Below are positions 9,532 to 18,387 of a stretch of 64,000 nucleotides of DNA, in pieces (position 1 is the stretch's first letter; each line of letters starts with the position of its first letter). The position numbers and the translations under genes were made by a program. The notes under the pieces are model-generated. The model was not told the DNA's origin and made no database searches. It saw nothing but the letters and a program-made list of their open reading frames with translations. The DNA comes from Synergistaceae bacterium (lineage in GTDB: Bacteria; Synergistota; Synergistia; Synergistales; Synergistaceae), in NCBI GenBank assembly GCA_031263445.1, contig JAISFV010000186.1:321-64320 (forward strand). The letters are read 5' to 3'.

Positions 9532-10213
9532 CCAGGTTGTACCTCCCCCTCTTTTCGTCCCTGACTATCCTGCCTGACCTGATGCCTATCACCCGCTGCC
9601 TGTAGGCGTCCACGAGATACTGATTGTGCGTGGCCATTATGACAGTGGTGCCTAGCGCGTTTATGGAGATGATGAGCTGCATTATCTCCTCGGCGGTGTG
9701 CAGATCCAGGTTGCCCGTGGGCTCGTCCGCCAAAAGGACGGACGGCGCGTTCACGATAGCCCGCGCTACGGCGACGCGCTGCTGCTCGCCCCCCGACAAC
9801 TGCGGCGGGTAGAGGAAACGCCTCCGCCAGAGGTTCACCTGATCTAAAATCTCGCCCGTGCGCTCCTTGACCTCACGGGGCGGCGCGCCTAAGACCTCCA
9901 GGACGAAAGCCACGTTCTCGAAGACGTTGAGGTGCGGGAGGAGGCAGAAATCCTGAAATATGATGCCGATGTCCCTCCTGAAGATGGAGAGATCCACCCT
10001 GCTGATCTTGCGCAACGAGAAGGAACCGACGGTGATCTGCCCCCTCGTCGGCGCAACCTCCCTCGTGATGCATCGGAGGAGCGTCGTCTTCCCGGAGCCA
10101 GTGGGCCCCACCAGGTAGACGAACTCGCCCTTAGGTATCTCCAAATATATATCCTCCAGCGCTGTTATATCGGGGTAGAATATCTTGCTCACCCCGGAGA
10201 AACGGATATCCAT
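9518..10213 (-). CDS. ftsE: Cell division ATP-binding protein FtsE
   Basis: Walker A GPTGSGKTT, signature LSGGEQQR and Walker B LLADEPTG. Confidence 0.9.
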   Translation of the reverse strand: MDIRFSGVSKIFYPDITALEDIYLEIPKGEFVYLVGPTGSGKTTLLRCITREVAPTRGQITVGSFSLRKISRVDLSIFRRDIGIIFQDFCLLPHLNVFENVAFVLEVLGAPPREVKERTGEILDQVNLWRRRFLYPPQLSGGEQQRVAVARAIVNAPSVLLADEPTGNLDLHTAEEIMQLIISINALGTTVIMATHNQYLVDAYRQRVIGIRSGRIVRDEKRGRYNLDGEL

Positions 10214-10216
10214 AGG

Positions 10217-11152
10217 TTACCTCCTGCGCATAGCCCAGACCTGTACGACGTTGTGGACTATTTCCCTGTGCGTGAGACCGTAATACTCCTGTATCTCCTC
10301 ATGAGTCCCGCTAGTCGCGAAATTGTCCCCAATTGCCACGCTCCGGACAGGAACCATATAATTCCGGGCGAGGCACTCAGTGACCGCCCCGTACAAACCG
10401 GCCGCGCTCGCGTGCTTTTCCGCCACAACGCAACACCCCGTCCTTCGGACAGACGCGACCAGCATTCTCTCTGGAAAGGGCTTTATGCTGTAGCAGTCGA
10501 TGACATCGGCGTTGATCCCCTGCTGCGACAAGACCTTCGCAGCCTCCAGCGCTTCTTTTACCATGACGCCGCACGAAACTATAGTAACACCGTCGCCTTC
10601 CGTGAGGAGCCTGGCTCCTCCGACGGCAAAGTCGCTGTCGCCGTACTCGTATATGTCGCCCGTGGCCGCCATGCTGAGCCGCACGTAAGCGGGGCCGTCA
10701 TTACCCGCGAGTGACCGCGTAAGGGCGAACGCGCTGTTCCTGTCTGACGGAACCAGGACAGCCATGTTCGGCATCACCCTCATGAGGGCTATGTCCTCGC
10801 ACATCAGCCCGACCGCTCCGTCGTGGCCGAGAGCAGTCCAGTCATGGGAAGATAATATCACTACTTTTAGATTAGGAATAGCCACCGCCGTGCGAATCTG
10901 CTCATATGAACGCCCTGCGAAGAGCGGCGAGCCAGGCGCCCAGATGAACGCCATCCTGCCCCCTAAAGACAGGCCTGACGCCATCAGAACCGCGTTCCGC
11001 TCCGACGGGCCGGCTAGTATTCCCCCAAGCTCTGGCTCATCGGCGCTCCTCGTCAGGCCAAGCTCGAGGATCACCATGTCGTCCCCCTGCCCCTTTATGT
11101 AACAGAGGGCGTCGCGGGCGCCGTCGTAACTGCGTCCCTCCGAGCCGTTCAT
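10217..11152 (-). CDS. Transketolase C-terminal-section-like protein (divergent)
   Basis: Colinear with split-transketolase C subunits (YEQIR, EDIALMR..PNM, GPAYVRL). GIAEQNMV is GPSERNAV and the ATHQ His region is AVGL. Confidence 0.75.
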   Translation of the reverse strand: MNGSEGRSYDGARDALCYIKGQGDDMVILELGLTRSADEPELGGILAGPSERNAVLMASGLSLGGRMAFIWAPGSPLFAGRSYEQIRTAVAIPNLKVVILSSHDWTALGHDGAVGLMCEDIALMRVMPNMAVLVPSDRNSAFALTRSLAGNDGPAYVRLSMAATGDIYEYGDSDFAVGGARLLTEGDGVTIVSCGVMVKEALEAAKVLSQQGINADVIDCYSIKPFPERMLVASVRRTGCCVVAEKHASAAGLYGAVTECLARNYMVPVRSVAIGDNFATSGTHEEIQEYYGLTHREIVHNVVQVWAMRRR

Positions 11153-11973
11153 GCCGCGCCCCCGCGCTTGCCGGCCTTCGTGTCCAGCTCAGAGAGCGCC
11201 CGCTCCACGTCATCCAGTGACGGCGGCCTGTCCTGGGCCTTGGACTCGAACGCGTCGGGATGCCGGCGGCTGCCGCCGGTCAGGGCGATAATGGCGGCAG
11301 GTTCGCGCATGGGCGTCTTGATCGACCGAAAAGCGCGCTCTATGGAAGCAAAATCGCGTCCGTCAGCCACGTCCGCTTTCCAGCCGAAGGAGGCGAGACG
11401 CTTCAGGAGGGGCGCTTCGGCTTCCATCTCGCCGCCCGGTTCTCCAGCCGACTCCATGATCATGAAGATGTTGCCTGGCGCGTGTACCGCCGCAGCGTCA
11501 ATGGATTCCCACAGCCCGTCCCCGCACGGCTCTCCCTCGCCCATCACGCAGAAGACCCTGCCGCCCAGCCCTGCCATGCGGATCTGGAGCGCAAGCCCGA
11601 GGGCAATGCCCAAGCCATTTGTCCCGCCCGGGGCGTCTATGCCCGGCGTACGGATGTCAGGGTAGCCCTGGAGCATCCCGCCTAGCCTCCTGTAGCTCCA
11701 GAGTTCGTCCCGGTCGAAAAAGCCGAGGCTCGAAAGGCAGGCGTAAAGGGCCGGTGCGGCGGAGACGCTGCTCAGTACGAGCCTGTCGCGCTCCGGGTTG
11801 TTTCTCTGTCCAGGGAAAATCCTCATAAATTCCCAGTACAGGTATACGAGGAGTTCCACGACGGTAAGCGCCGGCAAAAGTCCGCTTGACTTCGACACAC
11901 CGGCCATGCGGACTACATCCTTCCTGATATCGAGGGCGATCCCCTCGAGTTCGCTCCTCCTCGCGTCATCCAT
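11149..11973 (-). CDS. Transketolase N-terminal-section-like protein (divergent, probably non-catalytic)
   Basis: Colinear with split-transketolase N subunits (AAPALYA, LQGYP). The canonical motifs GHxGGSLS, SKGH, GDGE and the downstream Asn are replaced; see findings. Confidence 0.75.
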   Translation of the reverse strand: MDDARRSELEGIALDIRKDVVRMAGVSKSSGLLPALTVVELLVYLYWEFMRIFPGQRNNPERDRLVLSSVSAAPALYACLSSLGFFDRDELWSYRRLGGMLQGYPDIRTPGIDAPGGTNGLGIALGLALQIRMAGLGGRVFCVMGEGEPCGDGLWESIDAAAVHAPGNIFMIMESAGEPGGEMEAEAPLLKRLASFGWKADVADGRDFASIERAFRSIKTPMREPAAIIALTGGSRRHPDAFESKAQDRPPSLDDVERALSELDTKAGKRGGAA

Positions 11974-13065
11974 CTATATATCCTCCAAGGCGCGGCTCAC
12001 GGCTTTGTTGAAAGCCACTTCAAGGGCTTGCGCCGCTTTATCGTGATCTGGCTGTTTTTTATCCTCAAACAGAGTTTTTGTCAATACTTTCATTATATCA
12101 GAGTTTGACTGGCCGCAGGCGAACCCAGGGCAGAGCGCGTCCCACTTTTCCGCGAAGTCGGCTACCTTCGGGTCGTAAGGTGCCATGGCGAGTTTGAGCC
12201 CTCGCAGCAGTGACAGAACGCCGAAGTGGAGCCTCATTCCTATCGCGGCGAACGCGCCCTCGGACGCCCGGACGAAATCGTCGCGGTTTTTTACGAGCGT
12301 CACCTCGCACAGAGGCAGATTCCCGCTCGCGAAATGCCTTTCAAACTCGGACTCGTCCTCCTCGGAAAGGGCTATCCCCTTGACGCGCATGCCGCAGGCG
12401 CTGCATGCCCGCGCCGCTAAGATGACGCTCTCCGCTATCTTGGGGTCTTTTGCGCGCCGGACGTTGATCAGTATGTCTCCGTGTTCGGCGGGGGCGAGCC
12501 TGGGTACGTCGAGTGCCATCACGATATCGGGACAGAGGTCGGCGTCGAGTCCCAGCGTCCGCACGAGCTCCAGCGATGTAATGTCCCTGACCGAGAGGTA
12601 CGCGCACCGTGAAAGCGCGTCTTTTGTCATCGCCCTGCCGAGAGCGGTGAAAAGAGGGCCGATGGACTGGCTGACAGCGGTTGCCCGGCACGAGGCCCGG
12701 AGCGCCTTGCGCACCAGCGCCCAGTAGTAAAAGCAGGATCTCACGCTGCTTGAGTCCTGAAAGATGCCGCCGCCAGCTATGAACAGCGACCGGGAGGCCG
12801 AGAGGGCCCTGTTCAGCGAAGCGGAGGCGAGACCTCGTCCAAAGGCTTCTATCCCCAACGCCCGCGCTGACTCCTGCGGGTGCTTCGAGAGGATGGCCAT
12901 CCGTTCCCTCCGAATGCCCGCGCGCTCTAGAAAATCAATGGCGCCGGACGCGAGCAGCTCGTCGCCCAGATTCCCGAAGCCGTAGTAACCGGCCAGCAAC
13001 ACGTCGAAACGCTTGCCGCTTGCGGGCAGTTTCACTCGAATATCTCCCTGCCGCCCTTCCGCCAT
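11974..13065 (-). CDS. csaB: Polysaccharide pyruvyl transferase CsaB
   Basis: GYYGFGNLGDELL, GGGIFQDSSSVRS..YY and SQSIGPL motifs. I take the start at ATG 13065. A GTG at 13035 would give a GTGA overlap with the upstream stop. Confidence 0.8.
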   Translation of the reverse strand: MAEGRQGDIRVKLPASGKRFDVLLAGYYGFGNLGDELLASGAIDFLERAGIRRERMAILSKHPQESARALGIEAFGRGLASASLNRALSASRSLFIAGGGIFQDSSSVRSCFYYWALVRKALRASCRATAVSQSIGPLFTALGRAMTKDALSRCAYLSVRDITSLELVRTLGLDADLCPDIVMALDVPRLAPAEHGDILINVRRAKDPKIAESVILAARACSACGMRVKGIALSEEDESEFERHFASGNLPLCEVTLVKNRDDFVRASEGAFAAIGMRLHFGVLSLLRGLKLAMAPYDPKVADFAEKWDALCPGFACGQSNSDIMKVLTKTLFEDKKQPDHDKAAQALEVAFNKAVSRALEDI

Positions 13066-15041
13066 ATCGGGCCGCCTATGTAGTCGATGAGGACTATCGC
13101 CACGAAGCCGACGACGAGCCCCAGCCACCAGCCGTTGACGACCCTCGTCACCGTGAGAGGCAGGAGCGTGTGGAAGTGACAGAAGGCGTTTATGGCGGAT
13201 GCGAAGGCAAGGCTAGCCCCGACCCTGAACACCTCCCTGTAACGGGCCGCCCACCCCCTCCTCACGAGGGCGTGGTAGACGACTAGGCAGGGATACCCGA
13301 CCAAGAACTCCTTCGTGCGGGGCCGTACGCCCAAGGCACGCTCCAGCATGTCCCTGAAGCTGATCTCCCAGCCCGGCACCGAAGAGACGTTGTCGCTGCG
13401 GAGCGTGAGGATGAACGCGGCAGCGAGGAGGCATGCGACCAGGAAAATCTCCCCCCACTGGGAGGGGCGCCTCATGATCTGCGCGAGGGACTCCGGGTGA
13501 ACCCTTTGCTTGAGGTCGTTCGCCAGTATGAGGAGCGGCGGGAGCAACAGCGTGAGCTTGACCCCTGAGAACGGCGTCAGACGGAGCATAGCCTGCGCCG
13601 TCCCGTAAAACGCAGCGATGGAGAGACCGCCCGCCAAGACGATCAATAGCCCCGCTATGAGGCCCGCGAACGGTTTCCTGTACCTGTCGAGCGCCCATAT
13701 CGTCGCTTCTGTGGCAGCGAGCGCGGCAGTGACTCCGCCTGACATGCGCCGGACAGCCGTGACCTTGTATGCCGCTAGCCCTAAGACCACGGCAAACACT
13801 ACGAGCACGGCGGCTTCAAGCCCGGAGGCACTCCTGTCGGCGTGGCCGGCGTACCTGCGCGCGTGGAACCAGAGACAAGCGACGAACACGAACGCCACTG
13901 CGAGGGCCGAGAACGGCGACGCGGTGAAAAGCGGGATGTGTTGCGGCCACCCGAACGCATATCCCCTCGAAACGAGCGAATCGTGTATCCTCCCCAGGTC
14001 CTCCAGGAAGTATGGGAGGCGCCCCGAGGCATACAGCTCGTATGGCCGCATGAGCAAGAGGCGTATCGAGCGCTCGTGAACGGCCCTCACCATCCTCTCG
14101 ACCACCTGGGCGCGCGTCAGCAGGCGCGATACCAGCTCGTCTCTCACGATGCTGTGCAGCGGCAGTATGTCCGGCTTGACCGCCGCATAGAGCGCCTGCG
14201 CGCCCACCTGCCTCACAAACTCCGCCTGCGCCGTTGAAATCCCGTTTTCCCTCAAGACGGAGGACAGCGGGGCGAAGTCCGGATACCCGGCCACTATCTG
14301 CCCGGAGGGCAGGATACACTCCATGGACGGGAAGCGGTTTTTGACCCACGCGACCGAGGCCGCGATCCTGTCGCTCCCTGCGCCCGGAACGGGCGACGGC
14401 CTGAATATCGACGCCGTTCTCTCGTCCTCGGCAAAGCGCAGCGCCTCGAAATCCGGGAGCAGCCCGGCGTCTCCGAGCTCCTCGACCGTCCCGGGCAGCA
14501 CGATCAAAACCTGGTTTCCTTTGTCGTATCTTTTGATTTGCGGCATCTTCGTGCCCAGGTACTCGAGCGCGGCCGGGAGGAACGGCGAGGACTTGTCGAT
14601 GAGGATGGAGGCGCTGTTGTGCGGCCCCTCTGCGCCCGCGCGGATCTGGCGCGGCAGGGACGCGAGCGGGCCGTAAGCGAGCGGCATCGCGCCGTTTGAG
14701 AGATCCCTTCCCGTGAACTCCTGCACGGTCAGCCCGCGAACGCCTCTCTGCGCGAGTTCGGCATAGACGTCTTTCGGCGTCCTCCCTGACTGGCGGGCAA
14801 GGGAAACCACGTCCTTGTACTCCGTCACGATCGCCACCGTCCTGTGGCCCCATTCCACCGAAAGCCTCCTGTACAGATCTGGGGAGGCTAAGAGGAGAGC
14901 CGCCAGCATCAGCAGCGCGAAGAGGCCGCCACCCGAAATAACGGGGCGCTTCAGTTCTTCTATCCGGTCTTCGAGCGTAAAGGTCTCGGCAGGAGTTTCG
15001 CCGCCCTTGGACGAGCCGTCGTCATCCCATGTGTCCGGCAT
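13032..15041 (-). CDS. Large polytopic membrane protein (DUF5693-like) adjacent to csaB
   Basis: 669 aa: one N-terminal TM, a soluble domain of about 340 aa, then about 8 TM helices. The family assignment is from memory and tentative. Confidence 0.7.
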   Translation of the reverse strand: MPDTWDDDGSSKGGETPAETFTLEDRIEELKRPVISGGGLFALLMLAALLLASPDLYRRLSVEWGHRTVAIVTEYKDVVSLARQSGRTPKDVYAELAQRGVRGLTVQEFTGRDLSNGAMPLAYGPLASLPRQIRAGAEGPHNSASILIDKSSPFLPAALEYLGTKMPQIKRYDKGNQVLIVLPGTVEELGDAGLLPDFEALRFAEDERTASIFRPSPVPGAGSDRIAASVAWVKNRFPSMECILPSGQIVAGYPDFAPLSSVLRENGISTAQAEFVRQVGAQALYAAVKPDILPLHSIVRDELVSRLLTRAQVVERMVRAVHERSIRLLLMRPYELYASGRLPYFLEDLGRIHDSLVSRGYAFGWPQHIPLFTASPFSALAVAFVFVACLWFHARRYAGHADRSASGLEAAVLVVFAVVLGLAAYKVTAVRRMSGGVTAALAATEATIWALDRYRKPFAGLIAGLLIVLAGGLSIAAFYGTAQAMLRLTPFSGVKLTLLLPPLLILANDLKQRVHPESLAQIMRRPSQWGEIFLVACLLAAAFILTLRSDNVSSVPGWEISFRDMLERALGVRPRTKEFLVGYPCLVVYHALVRRGWAARYREVFRVGASLAFASAINAFCHFHTLLPLTVTRVVNGWWLGLVVGFVAIVLIDYIGGPIWRKGGREIFE

Positions 15042-15044
15042 CAG

Positions 15045-15638
15045 TCACATCTCCCTCCATGGCGATTTTTCGGCAAGTTCCTTTAACATGCCCTTGAGCC
15101 TGAACGCGGGAAGGCCCACCACGTTATAGTAGCAGCCCTCTATCCTCCTGACCAGGAGGGCGCCGGGGCCCTGTATCGCGTAAGCCCCGGCCTTGTCATC
15201 GCCAAGGCCGCTTTCGACGAAGGCCCGCATTTCGCCCTCCGTCAGGTCGCCAAAAAAGACCCTCGTCGTCTCCAGCCCGCTCTCTGCAACCACGCCGCCG
15301 GACGCAAGGGCTACGCCCGTGTGAACGAGGTGATCTTTCCCCGAGAGCGAGCGGAGCATGAAGAATGCCTCCTCGCGGTCACGCGGCTTCCCGAACGTGA
15401 CGCCGTCCACGTCCACTACGGTATCGGCGCCTATGCAGACGCCCGGCACCCTGACGGACGCGTACTCCGCCTTGAGGCGCGCCAAGCGGAGGGCGAGCGC
15501 CCGGGGCGTTTCGCCAGGCATCGGCGTCTCGTCTGCTTCCGCCGGGAAAACTTCGAATTCCATGCCTATCGAGGAGAGTATCTCACGTCTGCGGGGACTC
15601 GCGGAGGCAAGCACGAGTTTCGGGAAACGGGCCGTCAT
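15045..15638 (-). CDS. maf: Maf-like nucleoside triphosphate pyrophosphatase
   Basis: LVLASASPRRREIL, ADTVV and GAYAIQG motifs. The track ORF 15045-16190 carries a spurious upstream extension; the real ATG is at 15638. Confidence 0.9.
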   Translation of the reverse strand: MTARFPKLVLASASPRRREILSSIGMEFEVFPAEADETPMPGETPRALALRLARLKAEYASVRVPGVCIGADTVVDVDGVTFGKPRDREEAFFMLRSLSGKDHLVHTGVALASGGVVAESGLETTRVFFGDLTEGEMRAFVESGLGDDKAGAYAIQGPGALLVRRIEGCYYNVVGLPAFRLKGMLKELAEKSPWREM

Positions 15639-15886
15639 CTCGTCACGAAAAGCCCGATGACGCCGCCAAGGAACGTCCCCAGGTTCATCCGAAGGCCGAA
15701 GTGGAAGCCGAAATTGAAAGCCAGCAGATCCAGATCCTCGACGCCTAGCCTGAAATTGACGATATCCTTGAAGAGCGGGGCGGTCGTCGAGAAATGCTGA
15801 AAAAATATCCCTATGAACGTCCCGAGGACGACACATGCCATGAATATCAGCCAACGGGTCGAATAGCCTCTGATTATCGCGGACAC
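15635..15886 (-). CDS. Small membrane protein (DUF4321-like)
   Basis: 83 aa with two hydrophobic segments. ATGA-type overlap with maf. The family call is tentative. Confidence 0.6.
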   Translation of the reverse strand: MSAIIRGYSTRWLIFMACVVLGTFIGIFFQHFSTTAPLFKDIVNFRLGVEDLDLLAFNFGFHFGLRMNLGTFLGGVIGLFVTR

Positions 15887-15889
15887 GCG

Positions 15890-16693
15890 TCACACCCCCA
15901 TAAAGTACAGGATACAGGCGGTACCGCCCGCTATCATGTTGTATATTGAGAATACCCAGCACCTGTCCCCGACGACTGCCTTCTTTAACAGGAAGAGCGA
16001 GGCCAGTCCGGAGGCGAACGCCAAGGCCGCCGCCGGCATCCAGCCATCGGGCAGCGCCTGCATGAAATTGGCGCCACCGCCCATCTTGGCGGCCTCGTAA
16101 AGGGCAGCCCCCGCTATGGTCGGCACTGAGAGCAAAAACGAAAACCTGAACGCCTCGCTGCGTGAGAAGCCTAAAAGAAGCCCTGCCCACATCGTCGAGC
16201 CGGAGCGCGATATGCCTGGGATCACGGCAATGCCCTGGACGAGGCCTACGAAGAGTCCGTCCTTAGCCCTGACCGCGCGGTCACGGCCTAATGACTTCGA
16301 CGAGAGCAGAAGAATCGCCGTTATCCACAGGTTGCCGCCCAGCCAGAGCAGGTTTGCCGAGGCCCTGGCCGCGAACGGCTCCAGCAGGATTCCTATCGGC
16401 GCAGTGACTACGACCCCGGCGATTACAGCCCATCCAAAACGCCATCCAGCCCACGCGCGCGCGTTCCGGTTGAAAAAACCGAACAGCCACTCCATCAAGA
16501 GCGAAGCGATGTCACGCGCGAAAAAGACAAAGACGGCAAGAAGGGTGGCCAGATGAAGGACGAGGTCGAAGGCGAACGACGGGTCGGCAATCCCGATGGC
16601 TATCTTGGCTATCCCGAGGTGGCCGGAGCTGCTGACCGGCAAGAACTCAGTCACGCCCTGCAACAGGCCAAGAAACAACGTCTCCTCTTTCAT
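15890..16693 (-). CDS. uppP: Undecaprenyl-diphosphate phosphatase
   Basis: LPVSSSGH and PGISRSG motifs; 267 aa polytopic protein. Confidence 0.9.
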   Translation of the reverse strand: MKEETLFLGLLQGVTEFLPVSSSGHLGIAKIAIGIADPSFAFDLVLHLATLLAVFVFFARDIASLLMEWLFGFFNRNARAWAGWRFGWAVIAGVVVTAPIGILLEPFAARASANLLWLGGNLWITAILLLSSKSLGRDRAVRAKDGLFVGLVQGIAVIPGISRSGSTMWAGLLLGFSRSEAFRFSFLLSVPTIAGAALYEAAKMGGGANFMQALPDGWMPAAALAFASGLASLFLLKKAVVGDRCWVFSIYNMIAGGTACILYFMGV

Positions 16694-16723
16694 AACAGCA
16701 CTCCCCGTATCATGATTCCGCCG

Positions 16724-18364
16724 CTATGGCTTCGCGCTCTGCTTCAAATGGACGCGCTCGACGTCCTTAACTATGTAAGCCAGGTTCCTGGCGTGGTCGC
16801 CGATGCGTTCGAGGTTGCTCAGCACGTCGATAAAGACGACCCCTGTGGCCGGCTCGCACTTCCCGCTGTTCAGGCGCTCGATGTGGCGGGCGCGGAGGAC
16901 GCGCTCCATCTGGTCTATCTTAGGCTCTATCTCGAATACCTCGTCGGAGATGTTGCAGTCCTCAGACTCCAAGGCCCTGAATGACTTTTCGACCGCCTGG
17001 AGCGCCAGGCTGAACATTCCGTCTAGTTCGGTGAGGGCCTTGCCCGAGAATTTCAGCTTTTTCTCCTGCATGTACTGCGCGGCCTCGACCAGGTTCTCCG
17101 AGTGATCCCCGATGCGTTCGATGTCGCCGGCGCCGCTCACGCAGGAGTTCAGTATAAGCGAAAGGTCACTGGACAGCTCCTGCTGGCCCACTTCCGTCGA
17201 ATAGTTGACAATGCTGTGCGTGAGTTCGTCGATCGTCTTCTCGACCATCAGGACTTCCGGGATTATCTTGTTCTCTTTCTCAATGAGGATCCTATAGCAG
17301 TCCTTCAACATGCCGTGCGCTATCCAGCCAAGGCGCACTATCTCCTTGCGGACGGCGTCGACGCCCGCGGCAGGGGCTACCGTGATGAGCTGCGGGTTGA
17401 GGTAGCTAGTGTTGCGCGCCGCATCGGCCTCTTTCCTGTTGTCTGGGACGATCCGCCTTATGAAGGCGGTATATTGATTTACGAAAGGCAGGAACAGCAT
17501 GGTGTTGATGATGTTGAACAAGCTGTGCGCGTTTGCCACCTGACGCGCAGTCTCGTCAGAGGTGTAGGAGACCAGGACGGAAAAGGGCGTGAGGAACGTC
17601 ATCATGATGCAGGCGCCGATCACGTTGAACATGACATGGGCAGCGGCGGCCTGTTTCGCCGACCTGTTGCCGCCAAGCGACGCCAAGACGGCCGTTATGG
17701 TCGTCCCGATATTGTCGCCCAAGATGATCGCTATCGCTGCCGGCAGACTGATCAAGCCGTTAGAGGCCATCACCATCGTGAGGCCGACCGTGGCGGAGCT
17801 TGCCTGAACCAGCATCGTCACTCCGGTGCCTATCAGGAGCCCTATGATCTCATGATAGTTCACGAGGCGGAAGAACTCCTGCCGGCCCTGCAAGAAGCTC
17901 ATGGCGTCCTGCATCATGCCCATGCCAACGAAGAGCAGCGAAAAGCCGACCAGGCCGGATCCGAACTGCCGATGCCTCCTGTCCTTGCCGGCTACCGTCA
18001 GGAACGCCCCTATGACCGCCGCCACTATCGCATATTTTTGTATGTTGAACGCCATGAACTGCGCGGTGATCGTGGTGCCGATATTCGCGCCCATTATCAC
18101 CCCGAACCCTTGAGAGAGCGTCATTAGGCCGACGTGGACAAAGCTCACCACCATGACGGTCGTGGCGCTGCTGCTCTGGATGATGACGGTGACCGCCGCG
18201 CCGACCGCCACGCCCCTGAGAGGGGTGCCTGTGAGGGACGAGATCAGTTTCCTCAGGTTGTCGCCCGCGAGATCCTGGAGCGCGTCGCCCATGATCTTAA
18301 TCCCGTATATGAGAAGAGCCACACCGCCCAAAAGATTCAAGACGTCTTGAATGGACAAATCCAC
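16724..18364 (-). CDS. Na/Pi cotransporter family protein with C-terminal PhoU-like repeats
   Basis: Duplicated GANIGTT / GDNIGTT transporter motifs and two ERIGDH PhoU-type repeats. Confidence 0.85.
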   Translation of the reverse strand: MDLSIQDVLNLLGGVALLIYGIKIMGDALQDLAGDNLRKLISSLTGTPLRGVAVGAAVTVIIQSSSATTVMVVSFVHVGLMTLSQGFGVIMGANIGTTITAQFMAFNIQKYAIVAAVIGAFLTVAGKDRRHRQFGSGLVGFSLLFVGMGMMQDAMSFLQGRQEFFRLVNYHEIIGLLIGTGVTMLVQASSATVGLTMVMASNGLISLPAAIAIILGDNIGTTITAVLASLGGNRSAKQAAAAHVMFNVIGACIMMTFLTPFSVLVSYTSDETARQVANAHSLFNIINTMLFLPFVNQYTAFIRRIVPDNRKEADAARNTSYLNPQLITVAPAAGVDAVRKEIVRLGWIAHGMLKDCYRILIEKENKIIPEVLMVEKTIDELTHSIVNYSTEVGQQELSSDLSLILNSCVSGAGDIERIGDHSENLVEAAQYMQEKKLKFSGKALTELDGMFSLALQAVEKSFRALESEDCNISDEVFEIEPKIDQMERVLRARHIERLNSGKCEPATGVVFIDVLSNLERIGDHARNLAYIVKDVERVHLKQSAKP

Positions 18365-18387
18365 ATCTCCCTCTTCCTTGAAACTTT

